IMG/VR virus record: IMGVR_UViG_2734482790_000004 | DNA length: 64,000 bases | Reading direction: 5' to 3' (one strand) | Origin: a virus | Lineage: Duplodnaviria > Heunggongvirae > Uroviricota > Caudoviricetes | Shown here: piece by piece, positions 23,586 through 34,041 of the stretch | How positions within the stretch are numbered: position 1 is the first letter of the stretch | Layout of the letters: each line of letters opens with the position of its first letter | Program-made: the position numbers and the translations under genes | The notes under the pieces: model-generated | What the model saw: only the letters and a program-made list of their open reading frames with translations | Told to the model about the DNA's origin: nothing | Databases searched by the model: none

Positions 23586-23641
23586 TACTTACTCCATTTA
23601 CTTATAGTTCTACGGAGAAGTATACCCTAATGCATTGACGT

Positions 23642-24283
23642 TTATAGATAATTTCCTTTTCCTGTTAATACTCCCTTAGGCACCTGTTTTTGTGCCAGCG
23701 TTTGGGTGCCGCGAATTATGTTAATCAGAGGGCTTAGTAACGATGGTTCCTGGCGTGCCTCAACTTCTCCAGCCATTGCCCTGATGTAGTCGGCGCTGGC
23801 AACGTTGTTGTATTCCGTCGCAAAGCAACATAGTAACGTCAGAACATGCTCTGTCGTTATTTCGCTCCAGTTGATGTTGAAAAATTCATCGCCTTTTTTA
23901 TCGTGTTCGGAATCGAAGATGCTTTGGTGGAGGATGTATTTGCCGGATTCCTTGCGCGGTAACTTGATTGCTTTCTGGCGTTCCAGCTCCTTATAAATCT
24001 GCATTGCCTCAATTAGTACCGGCCTGCCGTTCATGAAGGGATCGCGCAACCTTACACGCTGGCCAACTCGACCAGTAATAAAGCTGTTTTCCTCTTCCAC
24101 CAGCACGATAAAACCCTTTTCCTCTTTTTCTCGCAATTCGCGCAGCAGCTGGAGTTCCATATCGCGGCGGCGTTCAGGGTAGCTGGTCCGCTCAGCCATT
24201 ATTAGCTCATTGTTGATCCATGCAGCAGTCATTGACGCCGGTTTGCCGACGCTCATCGAAACAACGCATATTTTCTTATCCAT
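23642..24283 (-). CDS. mat: Mat-like protein (ORF track start 24430; likely start at MDKKICVV)
   Basis: Position between ref and the res/mod slot as in P1. Confidence 0.4.
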   Translation of the reverse strand: MDKKICVVSMSVGKPASMTAAWINNELIMAERTSYPERRRDMELQLLRELREKEEKGFIVLVEEENSFITGRVGQRVRLRDPFMNGRPVLIEAMQIYKELERQKAIKLPRKESGKYILHQSIFDSEHDKKGDEFFNINWSEITTEHVLTLLCCFATEYNNVASADYIRAMAGEVEARQEPSLLSPLINIIRGTQTLAQKQVPKGVLTGKGNYL

Positions 24284-24472
24284 AGCGCCCCCTACAAAAA
24301 AGAAAAGCCACCAGCGGCGGCTTAGCAATACAACTGAAGGTAGCGCCCGGTACTCAGACTGTGCCGTCCATGGAATATTTGAAAAGGGATCCATCCGTAC
24401 CGGGCATGTGATGATTCTGACTGAAGTCACTTGTCAGTTGTCAATTATTTCAGATTAAAAATAATATATTTA

Positions 24473-25033
24473 TTAGTGCATGATGTTTGCCATCTCATAG
24501 GCGTCAGCCAGCAACTCCATCTCTGACTTGTTCAGCAAGGTGAATTCTTTCTTGCCTCCAACCACACCATCGGCATGAACAGGGACCAGCCAGGGGTATT
24601 TTTCTCTTACTTCAGCCGGTGCTGCATGCTGGTGGTGCCATCTACAAAGGGGCAATTGCTTTTTGTGACAACCCGGCGCGGTACGACCGGAGATATGGTG
24701 CAGAGATACCTCTTCAGATATTACTCCATGCATGTAGCAGGCAATGCAGGGGAGAGCGCCAAGAGCATTGGCGATGCTCCGTTCCTCCGCTGTCGATGTT
24801 CGCCCCTTCAAGCCACGAGATTTTATCTTTACCGCACTTTTCCGCGTTTTGCTGGCTGGTGGGCGCTCTTTCTGTTTAGCGATACGGCGGTCGATAGAAT
24901 CCCGCATTTTCTGATATTGCGATTCTCGCCAGGCGGGGTCAGCCAACTTTTCCCGTTGCCGAGCGATCGCTCGTTCTCTGGCTGCCTTCTGCCACTCGCG
25001 GCGCTGTTCAAGTTTTTGTTCGATTGTTTTCAT
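24473..25033 (-). CDS. ref: Ref recombination enhancement function, HNH endonuclease (186 aa)
   Basis: 186 aa with Cys/His HNH-type motifs (CIACYMHG, HHISG, CRWHH); position next to cre. Confidence 0.8.
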   Translation of the reverse strand: MKTIEQKLEQRREWQKAARERAIARQREKLADPAWRESQYQKMRDSIDRRIAKQKERPPASKTRKSAVKIKSRGLKGRTSTAEERSIANALGALPCIACYMHGVISEEVSLHHISGRTAPGCHKKQLPLCRWHHQHAAPAEVREKYPWLVPVHADGVVGGKKEFTLLNKSEMELLADAYEMANIMH

Positions 25034-25121
25034 ATGGCAAAAAAAAAAGGCGGCCTAATGGCCGCCAATGATGTCAAGGAGTTAAGTAATGGCAACGTCT
25101 TCGTAGTTGACAAAAACTGCG

Positions 25122-25150
25122 GCTTAATTATAGCAATCAATTAGAGCAAT
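25122..25150 (-). promoter_or_regulatory. tandem C1 operator-like sites upstream of ref
   Basis: On the minus strand: ATTGCTCTAATTGATTG then ATTGCTATAATTAAGCC, the second containing a TATAAT -10. Confidence 0.55.
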
Positions 25151-25281
25151 GGTAGGTATTTTGTTAATCGCGAATCACATTTTTTCACTTCAGTACCTGT
25201 GTGCTATACTCCTTCTTGATTGATTGGATGCGGAATACAAACCCGCTCTTTTGTGCAGCCTGGCTCCTTGCCAGGCTTTTT

Positions 25282-25593
25282 TTATTTCATCATGGAAGCT
25301 GTTAACGCTTTGGATCTTGCTGAACTGATTGAAAGGGCATTGTTTACCTTACCCAGGAGTTCGCCAAATTCCCCCATCACTCTAGTAAGCCCGCGCCGCG
25401 CTTCCTCCTCCGTTGCATTCATCACAAAATGTTCAGCACTCCGCATGCTTTTAACGGGGAACGCAACAGATATCGAGTCGATATCAGGCATCCTATCGCT
25501 CAACTTTACGGTGACAATGACAGATGGTGACTGAATTTGAGAGCTTACAGACAGCACCACATATTTTCCGTCTATTTTGAAATCCTTCCGCAT
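25282..25593 (-). CDS. small hypothetical protein between ref and cre (position of P1 cra)
   Basis: 103-aa ORF co-directional with cre and ref; an overlapping plus-strand ORF also exists, so strand choice is uncertain. Confidence 0.3.
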   Translation of the reverse strand: MRKDFKIDGKYVVLSVSSQIQSPSVIVTVKLSDRMPDIDSISVAFPVKSMRSAEHFVMNATEEEARRGLTRVMGEFGELLGKVNNALSISSARSKALTASMMK

Positions 25594-25610
25594 GTGTCAC
25601 CATAAATATC

Positions 25611-25627
25611 AAATAATTAGAGCAATC
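25611..25627 (-). promoter_or_regulatory. C1 operator-like site (AAATAATTAGAGCAATC)
   Basis: Core ATTAGAGCAAT matches the reverse complement of the operator consensus. Confidence 0.45.
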
Positions 25628-25643
25628 AAGCGCAAATGAACGG

Positions 25644-26675
25644 CTAATCGCCATCTTCCAGCAGGCGCACCATTGCCCCCGTTTCACTATCCAGGTTACG
25701 AATGTAGTTCATGACAATATTTACGTTGGTCCAGCCGCCAGCTTGCATGATCTCCGGTATAGAAACTCCGGCGCGGGCCATATCTCGCGCGGCACCGACA
25801 CGGGCACTATGTCCAGACCAGGCCAGGTATCGCTGACCAGAGTCATCTTTTGCCCCGTAAATCAATCGGTGAGTTGCTTCAAAAATCCCTTCCAGGGCGC
25901 GAGTTGATAGCTGGCTGGTGGATGATGGCGCGGCAACACCATTTTTTCTGACGCGGCAAAACAGGTAGTTATTCGGATCATCAGCTACACCAGAGACAGA
26001 AATCCATCGCTCAACCAGTTTAGTTACCCCCAGGCTAAGTGCCTTCTCTACACCAGCGGTGCTAACCAGCGTTTTCGTTCTGCCAATATGGATTAACATT
26101 CTCCCACCGTCAGTACGTGAGATATCTTTAACCCTGATCCTGGAAATTTCGGCTATACGTAACAGGGTGTTATAAGCAATCCCCAGAAATGCCAGATTAC
26201 GTATATCCTGGCAGCGATCGCTATTTTCCATGAGTGAACGAACCTGGTCGAAATCAGTGCGTTCGAACGCCAGTGCCTGTTTTGCACGTTCACCGGCATC
26301 AACGTTTTCTTTTCGGATCCGTCGCATGACCAGTGAAACAGCATTGCTGTCACTTGGTCGTGGCAGACCGGACCGACGATGAAGCATATTTAGCTGGCCC
26401 AAATGTTGCTGGATAGTTTTCACTGCCAGACCACGCGCCTGAAGATATAGAAGATAATCGCGAACATCTTCAGGTTCTGCGGGAAACCACTTCCGGTTAT
26501 TCAACTTGCACCATGCCGCCCACGACCGGCAAACGGACAGAAGCATTTTCCAGGTATGCTCAGAAAACGCCTGGCGATCCCTGAACATGTCCATCAGGTT
26601 CTTGCGAACCTCATCACTCGTTGCATCGACCGGTAATGCAGGCAAATTTTGGTGTACGGTCAGTAAATTGGACAT
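25644..26675 (-). CDS. cre: Cre site-specific tyrosine recombinase (343 aa)
   Basis: Translation MSNLLTVHQNLPALPVDATSDEVRKNLMDMFRDRQAFSEH...LEDGD matches P1 Cre as recalled. Confidence 0.97.
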   Translation of the reverse strand: MSNLLTVHQNLPALPVDATSDEVRKNLMDMFRDRQAFSEHTWKMLLSVCRSWAAWCKLNNRKWFPAEPEDVRDYLLYLQARGLAVKTIQQHLGQLNMLHRRSGLPRPSDSNAVSLVMRRIRKENVDAGERAKQALAFERTDFDQVRSLMENSDRCQDIRNLAFLGIAYNTLLRIAEISRIRVKDISRTDGGRMLIHIGRTKTLVSTAGVEKALSLGVTKLVERWISVSGVADDPNNYLFCRVRKNGVAAPSSTSQLSTRALEGIFEATHRLIYGAKDDSGQRYLAWSGHSARVGAARDMARAGVSIPEIMQAGGWTNVNIVMNYIRNLDSETGAMVRLLEDGD

Positions 26676-27093
26676 TTAACACTCAGATAATGGTTTTAAG
26701 TAAAGTGTACAGGATCGGCTCTGCCTTTACCTGTTTATGGTTCTCGTCATAGAAACGCCAGCGACCGCGCGTGCGTTCTATTTTCTCTTCACCGCGCGAT
26801 AATGACAGTTGACAACTATCACGATCAAACCCTTTTGCCCGCCAGTAACCACGGTTTTTCTCAAGCTCAAGATGAGTGGACACTTTAGCAGCTGAATATC
26901 CCATTTTTCACCTCTGATTGATTGGTGGTGCTAAGTGCGCTACGCGAAATCTGGAGCACTAACACTGCCAACTTTTCACAGATTTTACGTAGCGCAAACT
27001 TGATCAAATGATCAAGTGATCACTATTTGACCTGATAAGGTATTGAACTGTATGGATTTACAGGTAAATTGATCATGTTCAATAACCCTTAAT

Positions 27094-27127
27094 ATAACTT
27101 CGTATAATGTATGCTATACGAAGTTAT
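27094..27127. other. loxP recombination site
   Basis: Exact 34-bp ATAACTTCGTATA ATGTATGC TATACGAAGTTAT. Confidence 0.97.
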
Positions 27128-27170
27128 TAGGTCCGAAGAGGAGTTTACGTCCAGCCGCGCATAAAAATCA

Positions 27171-27187
27171 AGAATTATTAGAGCAAT
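27171..27187 (-). promoter_or_regulatory. C1 operator-like site (Op99-region)
   Basis: AGAATTATTAGAGCAAT, 15/17 match to reverse complement of consensus. Confidence 0.5.
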
Positions 27188-27253
27188 AAAATTTGAGAGA
27201 AAAATCCCACTCCACCAACCAAATACTGGATTGTTTTTCATAGTTGTTTGACA

Positions 27254-27270
27254 ATTGCTCTAATAAATTA
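27254..27270 (+). promoter_or_regulatory. C1 operator (Op99-type) overlapping a promoter upstream of coi/c1
   Basis: ATTGCTCTAATAAATTA (16/17 to consensus) preceded by TTGACA and followed by TATAGT. Confidence 0.7.
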
Positions 27271-27508
27271 TAGTTTTGCCGCCGTTTCGTAATACGACTT
27301 TGGACTCACTACTTAATGTGTCTTCAGCGTTGTAGAGCGGCTCAGAAGGAAATGAGCAAACAGGGAAACCTTATACAACGGCATTACCGCTATGCATTGC
27401 TCATCTTACACACAGCGCAATGTTGATAGATAACCCCAGCATGGAACATGGGTGAAACAGTAGGTCAGAGCTTCAGGCTCTGTGTTGTCAATACAGTGAG
27501 GCATAATT

Positions 27509-27718
27509 ATGGCTTTCATTCCACCAACCATCGACGATGTTAGACATTGCTCTAACGCTTTATCTGTAGACCCCGCCGAAACCGACGCTGCTCGCGCCAT
27601 TGCTGAACACTACTCAAAGATATCCAATCAGGAGTACCGCATCACCCCAGACGACCTGGATGATCTCACTGACACAATCGAATATCTCATGGCAACTAAC
27701 CAGTTAGACTCACAATAA
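27509..27718 (+). CDS. coi: Coi-like C1 inactivator (69 aa)
   Basis: 69-aa ORF directly upstream of c1 in the same orientation. Confidence 0.55.
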   Translation: MAFIPPTIDDVRHCSNALSVDPAETDAARAIAEHYSKISNQEYRITPDDLDDLTDTIEYLMATNQLDSQ

Positions 27719-27828
27719 ATGCACTAATAAATCTATTATTTTTGTCTGTTCCCTCTATAATATAGGTCAGTAATGACCGGTTTTCTCAGCCGGGCGTTAT
27801 TGGCCATGTCAATTCTGGAGGAGGATCA

Positions 27829-28680
27829 ATGATAAATTATGTCTACGGCGAACAACTGTACCAGGAGTTCGTCAGCTTCAGGGATCTCTTTCTAAAAAAA
27901 GCTGTTGCACGCGCCCAACACGTTGATACAGCCAGCGACGGTCGTCCTGTACGCCCGGTTGTCGTTCTACCGTTCAAAGAAACTGACAGCATTCAGGCTG
28001 AAATTGATAAATGGACTTTAATGGCGCGGGAACTGGAACAGTACCCAGACCTCAATATCCCAAAGACTATTTTATATCCAGTGCCTAACATCCTTCGCGG
28101 TGTGCGTAAGGTTACAACTTATCAGACAGAGGCTGTGAACAGCGTCAACATGACCGCTGGCCGCATTATTCATCTGATTGATAAGGACATTCGCATCCAA
28201 AAAAGCGCGGGGATCAATGAGCACAGTGCGAAATACATAGAGAACCTGGAAGCAACAAAAGAGCTAATGAAGCAGTACCCGGAGGATGAAAAATTCCGTA
28301 TGCGCGTACACGGCTTTAGCGAAACAATGCTGCGCGTCCATTACATTTCCAGTAGCCCTAACTACAATGATGGTAAATCAGTTAGTTACCATGTGCCGCT
28401 ATGTGGCGTGTTTATCTGCGATGAAACTCTCCGAGATGGAATCATCATCAACGGTGAATTTGAGAAAGCAAAATTTAGCCTTTATGACTCTATAGAACCG
28501 ATCATCTGCGACCGCTGGCCGCAGGCAAAAATATATCGCCTGGCAGATATTGAAAATGTAAAAAAACAAATTGCCATCACTCGCGAAGAGAAAAAGGTCA
28601 AATCAGCCGCATCAGTTACGCGCAGGCGCAAAACTAAGAAGGGGCAGCCAGTAAACGACAACCCCGAAAGCGCGCAATAG
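27829..28680 (+). CDS. c1: C1 repressor of lysis (283 aa)
   Basis: 283 aa beginning MINYVYGEQLYQEF; next to loxP and pacB. Confidence 0.85.
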   Translation: MINYVYGEQLYQEFVSFRDLFLKKAVARAQHVDTASDGRPVRPVVVLPFKETDSIQAEIDKWTLMARELEQYPDLNIPKTILYPVPNILRGVRKVTTYQTEAVNSVNMTAGRIIHLIDKDIRIQKSAGINEHSAKYIENLEATKELMKQYPEDEKFRMRVHGFSETMLRVHYISSSPNYNDGKSVSYHVPLCGVFICDETLRDGIIINGEFEKAKFSLYDSIEPIICDRWPQAKIYRLADIENVKKQIAITREEKKVKSAASVTRRRKTKKGQPVNDNPESAQ

Positions 28681-28704
28681 TTTCCATCCGGCATGGTTAA
28701 TGAG

Positions 28705-30189
28705 TTATTCATTAAGCCATGCCAGAGCTTCATCAACCTGCGCTTCGTCTTCGACGCTAAGCACTTCATCTTGGGGAACATAGTTCGCCAACATAGCGAA
28801 ACAATATGTATCCCAATGGTCCGGTGAGTGCAGGTTGAGTTTTTTCTTCATATCTTCCTTTGACATCACCTTCCATTGACCTGCGGAATTTATCCCTACC
28901 GGTATCTTTGATGCTTCCTCTATAGTCGCAGCCCCCTTATCAAGCCTCATACGCCCTGATTTTACAGCTTCTGCCGCCTGAATATTCGCGAAAGCGCGCA
29001 TATCGAAATAAAGGCTTTTATCTTCACGGCTGTGCATCTTTTTACCCCAGCGGATACGCTGGACGGTAATGCCATAGCGTTCGTACATTAGATCAGCCGT
29101 CGATTTCCCCAAGCCATCGCCATCAATAGCTATGGTTATGTTCGGGAACCGTTCTGGGTTACATTCTGCGAAAATCTTGGCGGCTAACTGCGTTTCTGTA
29201 ACGTCTGTGTATTCCAGCATACGATAGTTGATTACACGGCGTTTATTTCGCTGGCCGGACACCATCATGATATTAATAACGGACTTATCTCGTCCTGTGC
29301 CACCAGCAACGTCAACACATGCAACCCAGCCCCATCCTTTGGCAATCTTGACCTTTCGCCGCGTCGCCCGCTCAACCTCATCACGACCAAGAAGAAAGCC
29401 ATCTTGAGATTTGGGAAATTCACCACGTACTTTGATCATGTACATGGGGTTATCACGACCGCCATACTCCGCAAGTTTTGCTCGTATAAATTTTGCATCT
29501 ACAAGCGGAGATTCTTCACTATTCAGTATTATCGCAGTAAACAATCCATCAGGATTTCCCGGGCGAATAGCTAGTCTGTGGTGTGAATCGTAGAAATAGC
29601 CTGAAGGTCGCGTAGGCTGGGAAAGAAGCAGAATACGGTTATCCTTACCGGTCAGCGCACCTGTTATCACACTGAATGCTTTATCACTCACACCCGACGC
29701 TTCGTCGATGATATACAAGAGATGATCGGCGTGTTCACCAGCCAACGCCTCCTCATTTCCGGGGCGACAGGACTTTATCAATATTGTCCAAACACCCTTG
29801 CCAGTCACCTCAAAAAAAGACGTTTCTGTAAGAATGAAATACTTCGACAACCACGGGAATCTGCTAACAGCAGTGGCCCAATTGCTCTTTATGTATTTGA
29901 AAATACCATCAAGGACTTGCTGTCTTTTGTTAGCGACCAGAATGACGCGAGCGCCGGGGAAAAACATGATGAAGAGTATTGCAATGATACTCGTCATATC
30001 CGATTTACCAGTACCATGGCCGGATGTCACACTTGTCCAACTGCCGTCCTGCTGCGTGGACTCAATGATCTCATCCTGCTGCCAGGTTGGTGTCTTCCCA
30101 AACAACACATCAGCGGCCGCAATCCAGTCATAACGATATAGCGCCACCAGCTCGCGCCAACGTGGGTCCGTTACGCAACTTCTGGCCAT
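28705..30189 (-). CDS. pacB: terminase large subunit PacB (494 aa)
   Basis: Walker-like ATPase region and nuclease C-terminal half; size matches P1 PacB. Confidence 0.85.
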
Positions 30190-31382
30190 TAATCATCATC
30201 CCCGTACAGTTTGCGGGTAACTTCTTCGTCTTCCTCCTCGTCTTCGTCCAGATCCTGTTCAAGCCATGCTTCGTTTGATATGCCTTCCGCATCGACATCA
30301 CCATAACCACCTGTATCGACGATATCGGCAATTTCTTCTCTACGATGCTCAATCCACAATGCCGCATCAGCGCGGCGGCTGGCGGCCCGTTCTCGCGCGA
30401 TTTTATCCAGATCTTCAAGTGATGGAGCGCCAGATGCTGTTTGGTTTTCCTCATCATCGGTATTGGTCTTAGGAGCACGCAGATCGGCTTTGATTTGCTC
30501 CAGCATCAGGGGCGGCACTTTTCCTCCATGCGCCTCGATGAATTCAGCCGCTTCCAGCACTGACCAGTTATTTTCACGCTTTCGTTCGTATGCCAGCTTA
30601 ACAATGCCAGCTTGCCCCATAGATAAAGCGTGCTTTTCCGCCTCCCGGCTTTCTTTTCGATAGTTATTCCGGATGCTGTAAATGGTGTTGATCAGGCTGC
30701 TTATCTGCGCGGAACAGCTGTTTAGCATGCTCGCGATACGGTATTCAGGCGGAGTACCTTCATCATCGTCTTTTTGCTGATCTCGCATTTCCTGCACCAG
30801 GCGAATACACGTATCCCTGGCGTTCTCCAGCATAAGGAGATGAGAAAGTGACTTTTCCAGAAGAGTGGTTTCCAGAACATCGGCCCCGGACCGACGCAAC
30901 ATAGCGCGCGCGGCCTTCCGCGCTTCAATGTTATCTATCAGGTAATCGTCAGCTTCGAATTCAAAGCGTTCACCATCATCATCCAGGGTGTCGCGTTCCA
31001 GGCGATCACGTAAGGTCCGGTGGGCGCGGGTGATCACGTCATGATCATCTGAACGATCATTTATGCGCTTATTTTGGCGCTTCGCATTCTCGACTGCGGC
31101 ACTGACAACGGCATTAACTCTTTGTTTTTCCGCTGTTTCAGCCGCAATGTGATCACCTGCATGTTGATCATTAGAGTGATCAATGATCATGCTTTTTAGA
31201 GGCTTCCTGACAGGCTTATTTGGCTTGCGGCTGTCCGCTGTCCTGGTGTCTTCTTTGAAGGCACGGAGATAACGACGTGCGGTATTAGGGTTAAGATTAA
31301 ACTCGGCGGCATACTGTGCGATGGTGTAACCACCATCTCGCGCCAGGCGAGCAAAATTCTTCTTGTGATCGTCCCAGGTCAC
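30189..31382 (-). CDS. pacA: terminase small subunit PacA (397 aa), contains pac site
   Basis: 397 aa with acidic C-terminal tail; pac hexamer repeats lie inside the gene. Confidence 0.85.
31027..31192. other. pac packaging site (clusters of TGATCA/GATCAC hexamers with Dam GATC sites)
   Basis: Four hexamers at 31031-31060 and three at 31151-31190 flank a central spacer. Confidence 0.7.
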
Positions 31383-31467
31383 TTATGCTTCCTTTCGTAA
31401 AAACTCTTTTTGACGCGAGGGTAACGAAAGTCACATGTCAAAAGGCCCGGAACGGGCAAGCAATCAA

Positions 31468-31920
31468 TCAGATACGTGCGGATGTGGCATTACCGTAATG
31501 ACGGTGCTGACGGGCTACCTTATTGAAAAGTTGACGCGCCATTACCCAAGGCTGGTGTTCCCGGCGTTCCTTTTCGTCCTGCGTCATATAGAGTTCGTTC
31601 TGGAGTTTTTCATCAAACCGGCGCGGCGCGCGGCTGCGGCGAAAGAATTCAGGATTCAGAGAGTGGATCTGAAATCTACGTGGGCGTGTACTGTCATCAA
31701 TCAAAACAGACGAATACTTAGACACAGCGATAGCCTTTAAGCGCAGATAAACGTCGCGCTTATCGACATCCAGATGCGGGTATTCCTTTTCAAGGATTGC
31801 TGCGAGTTCTTTCGCTGATAGAAGAGATTTGGTGCGGATCATGTAATCCGCAATCTCATACGATGTTATTCGTAAGTGATTTATTTCCATGAAGTGGCGT
31901 CCCTGCCAGTTAAGTAACAT
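31468..31920 (-). CDS. lpa: late promoter activator Lpa-like (150 aa)
   Basis: 150-aa basic protein directly upstream of pacA as in P1. Confidence 0.55.
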   Translation of the reverse strand: MLLNWQGRHFMEINHLRITSYEIADYMIRTKSLLSAKELAAILEKEYPHLDVDKRDVYLRLKAIAVSKYSSVLIDDSTRPRRFQIHSLNPEFFRRSRAPRRFDEKLQNELYMTQDEKERREHQPWVMARQLFNKVARQHRHYGNATSARI

Positions 31921-31990
31921 CCTGTCACCTACTGATTAGCCCATGTCAACTAATCAACGTGGAATATAATACCCTAGATTAAATAAATAG

Positions 31991-32007
31991 CAATACATTA
32001 GAGCAAT
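31991..32007 (-). promoter_or_regulatory. C1 operator-like site upstream of lpa
   Basis: CAATACATTAGAGCAAT; core ATTAGAGCAAT conserved. Confidence 0.45.
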
Positions 32008-32008
32008 T

Positions 32009-33052
32009 TTATCTAACGTTCGACGAGTGACTTGTGATAGCGCCGACTCCAAGCGCGTAATCAAAGAACAATCGTTGATGCATCGCCAGCCTACCGTGCG
32101 TCTTCTCCCAATTATCGCGGTCACGCTCAATATCACGTTGGCATGACTGGCACAGAGGAATTGCGTAAATGTCATGCGCGCATAATCGACTATGACGAAC
32201 GATATAAGGCGTAATGTGAGCGCCAGCTCCCGCCGCTCCACACCCACAGCATGGACGGGAAGCAACAAAGTCCATGTACTCAGGTAATTTTAGCGATTGC
32301 AGTTTTGGGATTTTGAAATGCGCCATGCCAGGGTCGGAGTCAACATCCACAGGGCATACTTTTGCACGCATCGGCGCGGCGCGTTCTTCCATCATCTGAA
32401 CATATGCTGTAGCGCGATCGTCATACGGGCGAATATCCGCCTCTTTCAGAGGTCCGCTATCCTGCGTTGCGGCTTTCATCTTATTTATTGATATACGGCA
32501 AACTTCTTCCGGCATCAGGTGCATCATGTTGCGCATGAAAGCCCACCAGCACAGTTCCTGAATACTTAAATCATGGCCATCTGAAAGCCCCATTTCCTGA
32601 CGGGCGACATCCAGTATCCAGTTAACGCGATTATTATGCAGCGTTTCTTTCAGCTCATTAAAACCACGCATCCGGTAATGGTTATCGTGATGCCAGCACA
32701 ACAACACCGCGCTATTATCTCGTTCAGCGTGGACAATATGGTTGTCACACCAGCTACGATCTGCGGCCTGGCATCGCCCCTCTTTCCTGCGCAACCACGC
32801 CACCAGCGCGTCAATTCCACCAATACGACGAAACAGCTCATCGCTGTTAAAAAACGGCTGCAACGCCTCATTTGTTGCCATGGTTTGCTCGGAAACAACG
32901 AGGCCGTCGTCCATGTGCTCGATTAACTCACGCGGCACCGGCTCCATAATAAATTTACGGCCAGCCTCCACCAGCTTTCTGACTTCCTGATCCACTTTGA
33001 ATGTGGCGACGCCAAGCTCTTTTTGTACAAAGGGAGTAATAATGGCTTTCAC
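32009..33052 (-). CDS. hypothetical protein (347 aa), position of P1 pdcB
   Basis: Cys/His-rich protein between doc and lpa. Confidence 0.5.
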   Translation of the reverse strand: MKAIITPFVQKELGVATFKVDQEVRKLVEAGRKFIMEPVPRELIEHMDDGLVVSEQTMATNEALQPFFNSDELFRRIGGIDALVAWLRRKEGRCQAADRSWCDNHIVHAERDNSAVLLCWHHDNHYRMRGFNELKETLHNNRVNWILDVARQEMGLSDGHDLSIQELCWWAFMRNMMHLMPEEVCRISINKMKAATQDSGPLKEADIRPYDDRATAYVQMMEERAAPMRAKVCPVDVDSDPGMAHFKIPKLQSLKLPEYMDFVASRPCCGCGAAGAGAHITPYIVRHSRLCAHDIYAIPLCQSCQRDIERDRDNWEKTHGRLAMHQRLFFDYALGVGAITSHSSNVR

Positions 33053-33079
33053 ATCACACCTTTCATCACTGATTGGGCT

Positions 33080-33280
33080 TTATCTGCTGCCCGGCATTCT
33101 CTGTTTAAGCACAACCATTTCCTGACGGCATAACACAGCAATAGCGGTCCTGGCACCAATTTGCTTACCAACCAGGTATTGCTTTACCTCGCGGCGACTC
33201 ACGCCATCAAGAAGCATCTTTAACGCTTCACGGGACAACTTGTTGTATTTACGTGCCATTAATCTACTCCGCAGAACCAT
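33080..33280 (-). CDS. small basic protein (position of P1 pdcA); start uncertain
   Basis: 66-aa ORF downstream of doc; overlaps the doc 3' end at the ORF-track start. Confidence 0.3.
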   Translation of the reverse strand: MVLRSRLMARKYNKLSREALKMLLDGVSRREVKQYLVGKQIGARTAIAVLCRQEMVVLKQRMPGSR

Positions 33281-33644
33281 ACAATCTACGTAACGTGTCG
33301 GCGACAGAAGATACAGATATCTCGCCAGTCGCAGCGCCTACAGTAAGGTCTGCCAGTTCAGGTGAATCAAATACCTGCACCCCGTTACGGCGTAGAAATA
33401 GCAGCGCGCTGTTTAGCGCGGTACGCTTATTGGCATCATTGAATATATGCCCTCTCGCTGTAGCCACCAGGTAGGTGGCGGAGACTTCGAAAAGGTCGGT
33501 GATATCTTCGTAGGCAACTCTGGCCTGAACTCTCCCGATAATGGCCTCTGCCCTACCCGGATCTGACATGCCCGGCAGGCCGCCGTAGCGGTTTATATTC
33601 GCATCATGAAGCGCAATAAGTTCTTCCGGTGATATATGCCTCAT
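33264..33644 (-). CDS. doc: Doc toxin, Fic-family (126 aa)
   Basis: 126 aa; Fic-like HIFNDANKR motif; preceded by phd. Confidence 0.9.
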   Translation of the reverse strand: MRHISPEELIALHDANINRYGGLPGMSDPGRAEAIIGRVQARVAYEDITDLFEVSATYLVATARGHIFNDANKRTALNSALLFLRRNGVQVFDSPELADLTVGAATGEISVSSVADTLRRLYGSAE

Positions 33645-33865
33645 TATCGGTTAACCAGTTCCTTGTTGGTGGAGTCCAGGGTGTCAAACAGGGATGCAAA
33701 TTCAGCATCCAGCGCCGCTTTTTTGTAGGCTTCGAAAGTAGCCTTGCTGACAATTACTGCTGGCTCACGGCCTCTGCGGGTGATTTCAACCTCTTCCCCG
33801 GCTTCAACATTGTTGAGCACTTCAGAAAGGTTGCCACGCGCGGTACGGAAGTTAATGGATTGCAT
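33644..33865 (-). CDS. phd: Phd antitoxin (73 aa from [16 protein letters not shown])
   Basis: Recognisable Phd sequence; GTGTAC palindromes in the upstream region. Confidence 0.9.
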   Translation of the reverse strand: MQSINFRTARGNLSEVLNNVEAGEEVEITRRGREPAVIVSKATFEAYKKAALDAEFASLFDTLDSTNKELVNR

Positions 33866-34041
33866 AAACACCTCGTGTACTCGTTATGTGTACACGATTA
33901 TAAACTTCACAGGCATAAAGCACCAGCACTTTGCGGCTTAACAAACCTCTAGGCAGGTCATTCGTAGCCTAATGTCCGAACTGTTAAAGCATCCAAGTTG
34001 CTGTAGAATCACCGCCAATTACATAAGCCTGAAATAAGTGG

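Noticed and set aside
24575-25144. 189-aa plus-strand ORF overlapping ref
   Set aside because: Antisense to the well-supported Ref ORF (HNH motifs, correct length) and lacks a start context.
26683-26904. 73-aa minus-strand ORF between cre and loxP
   Set aside because: Lies in the cre promoter/leader interval, has no RBS or recognisable domain; more likely regulatory DNA than a gene.
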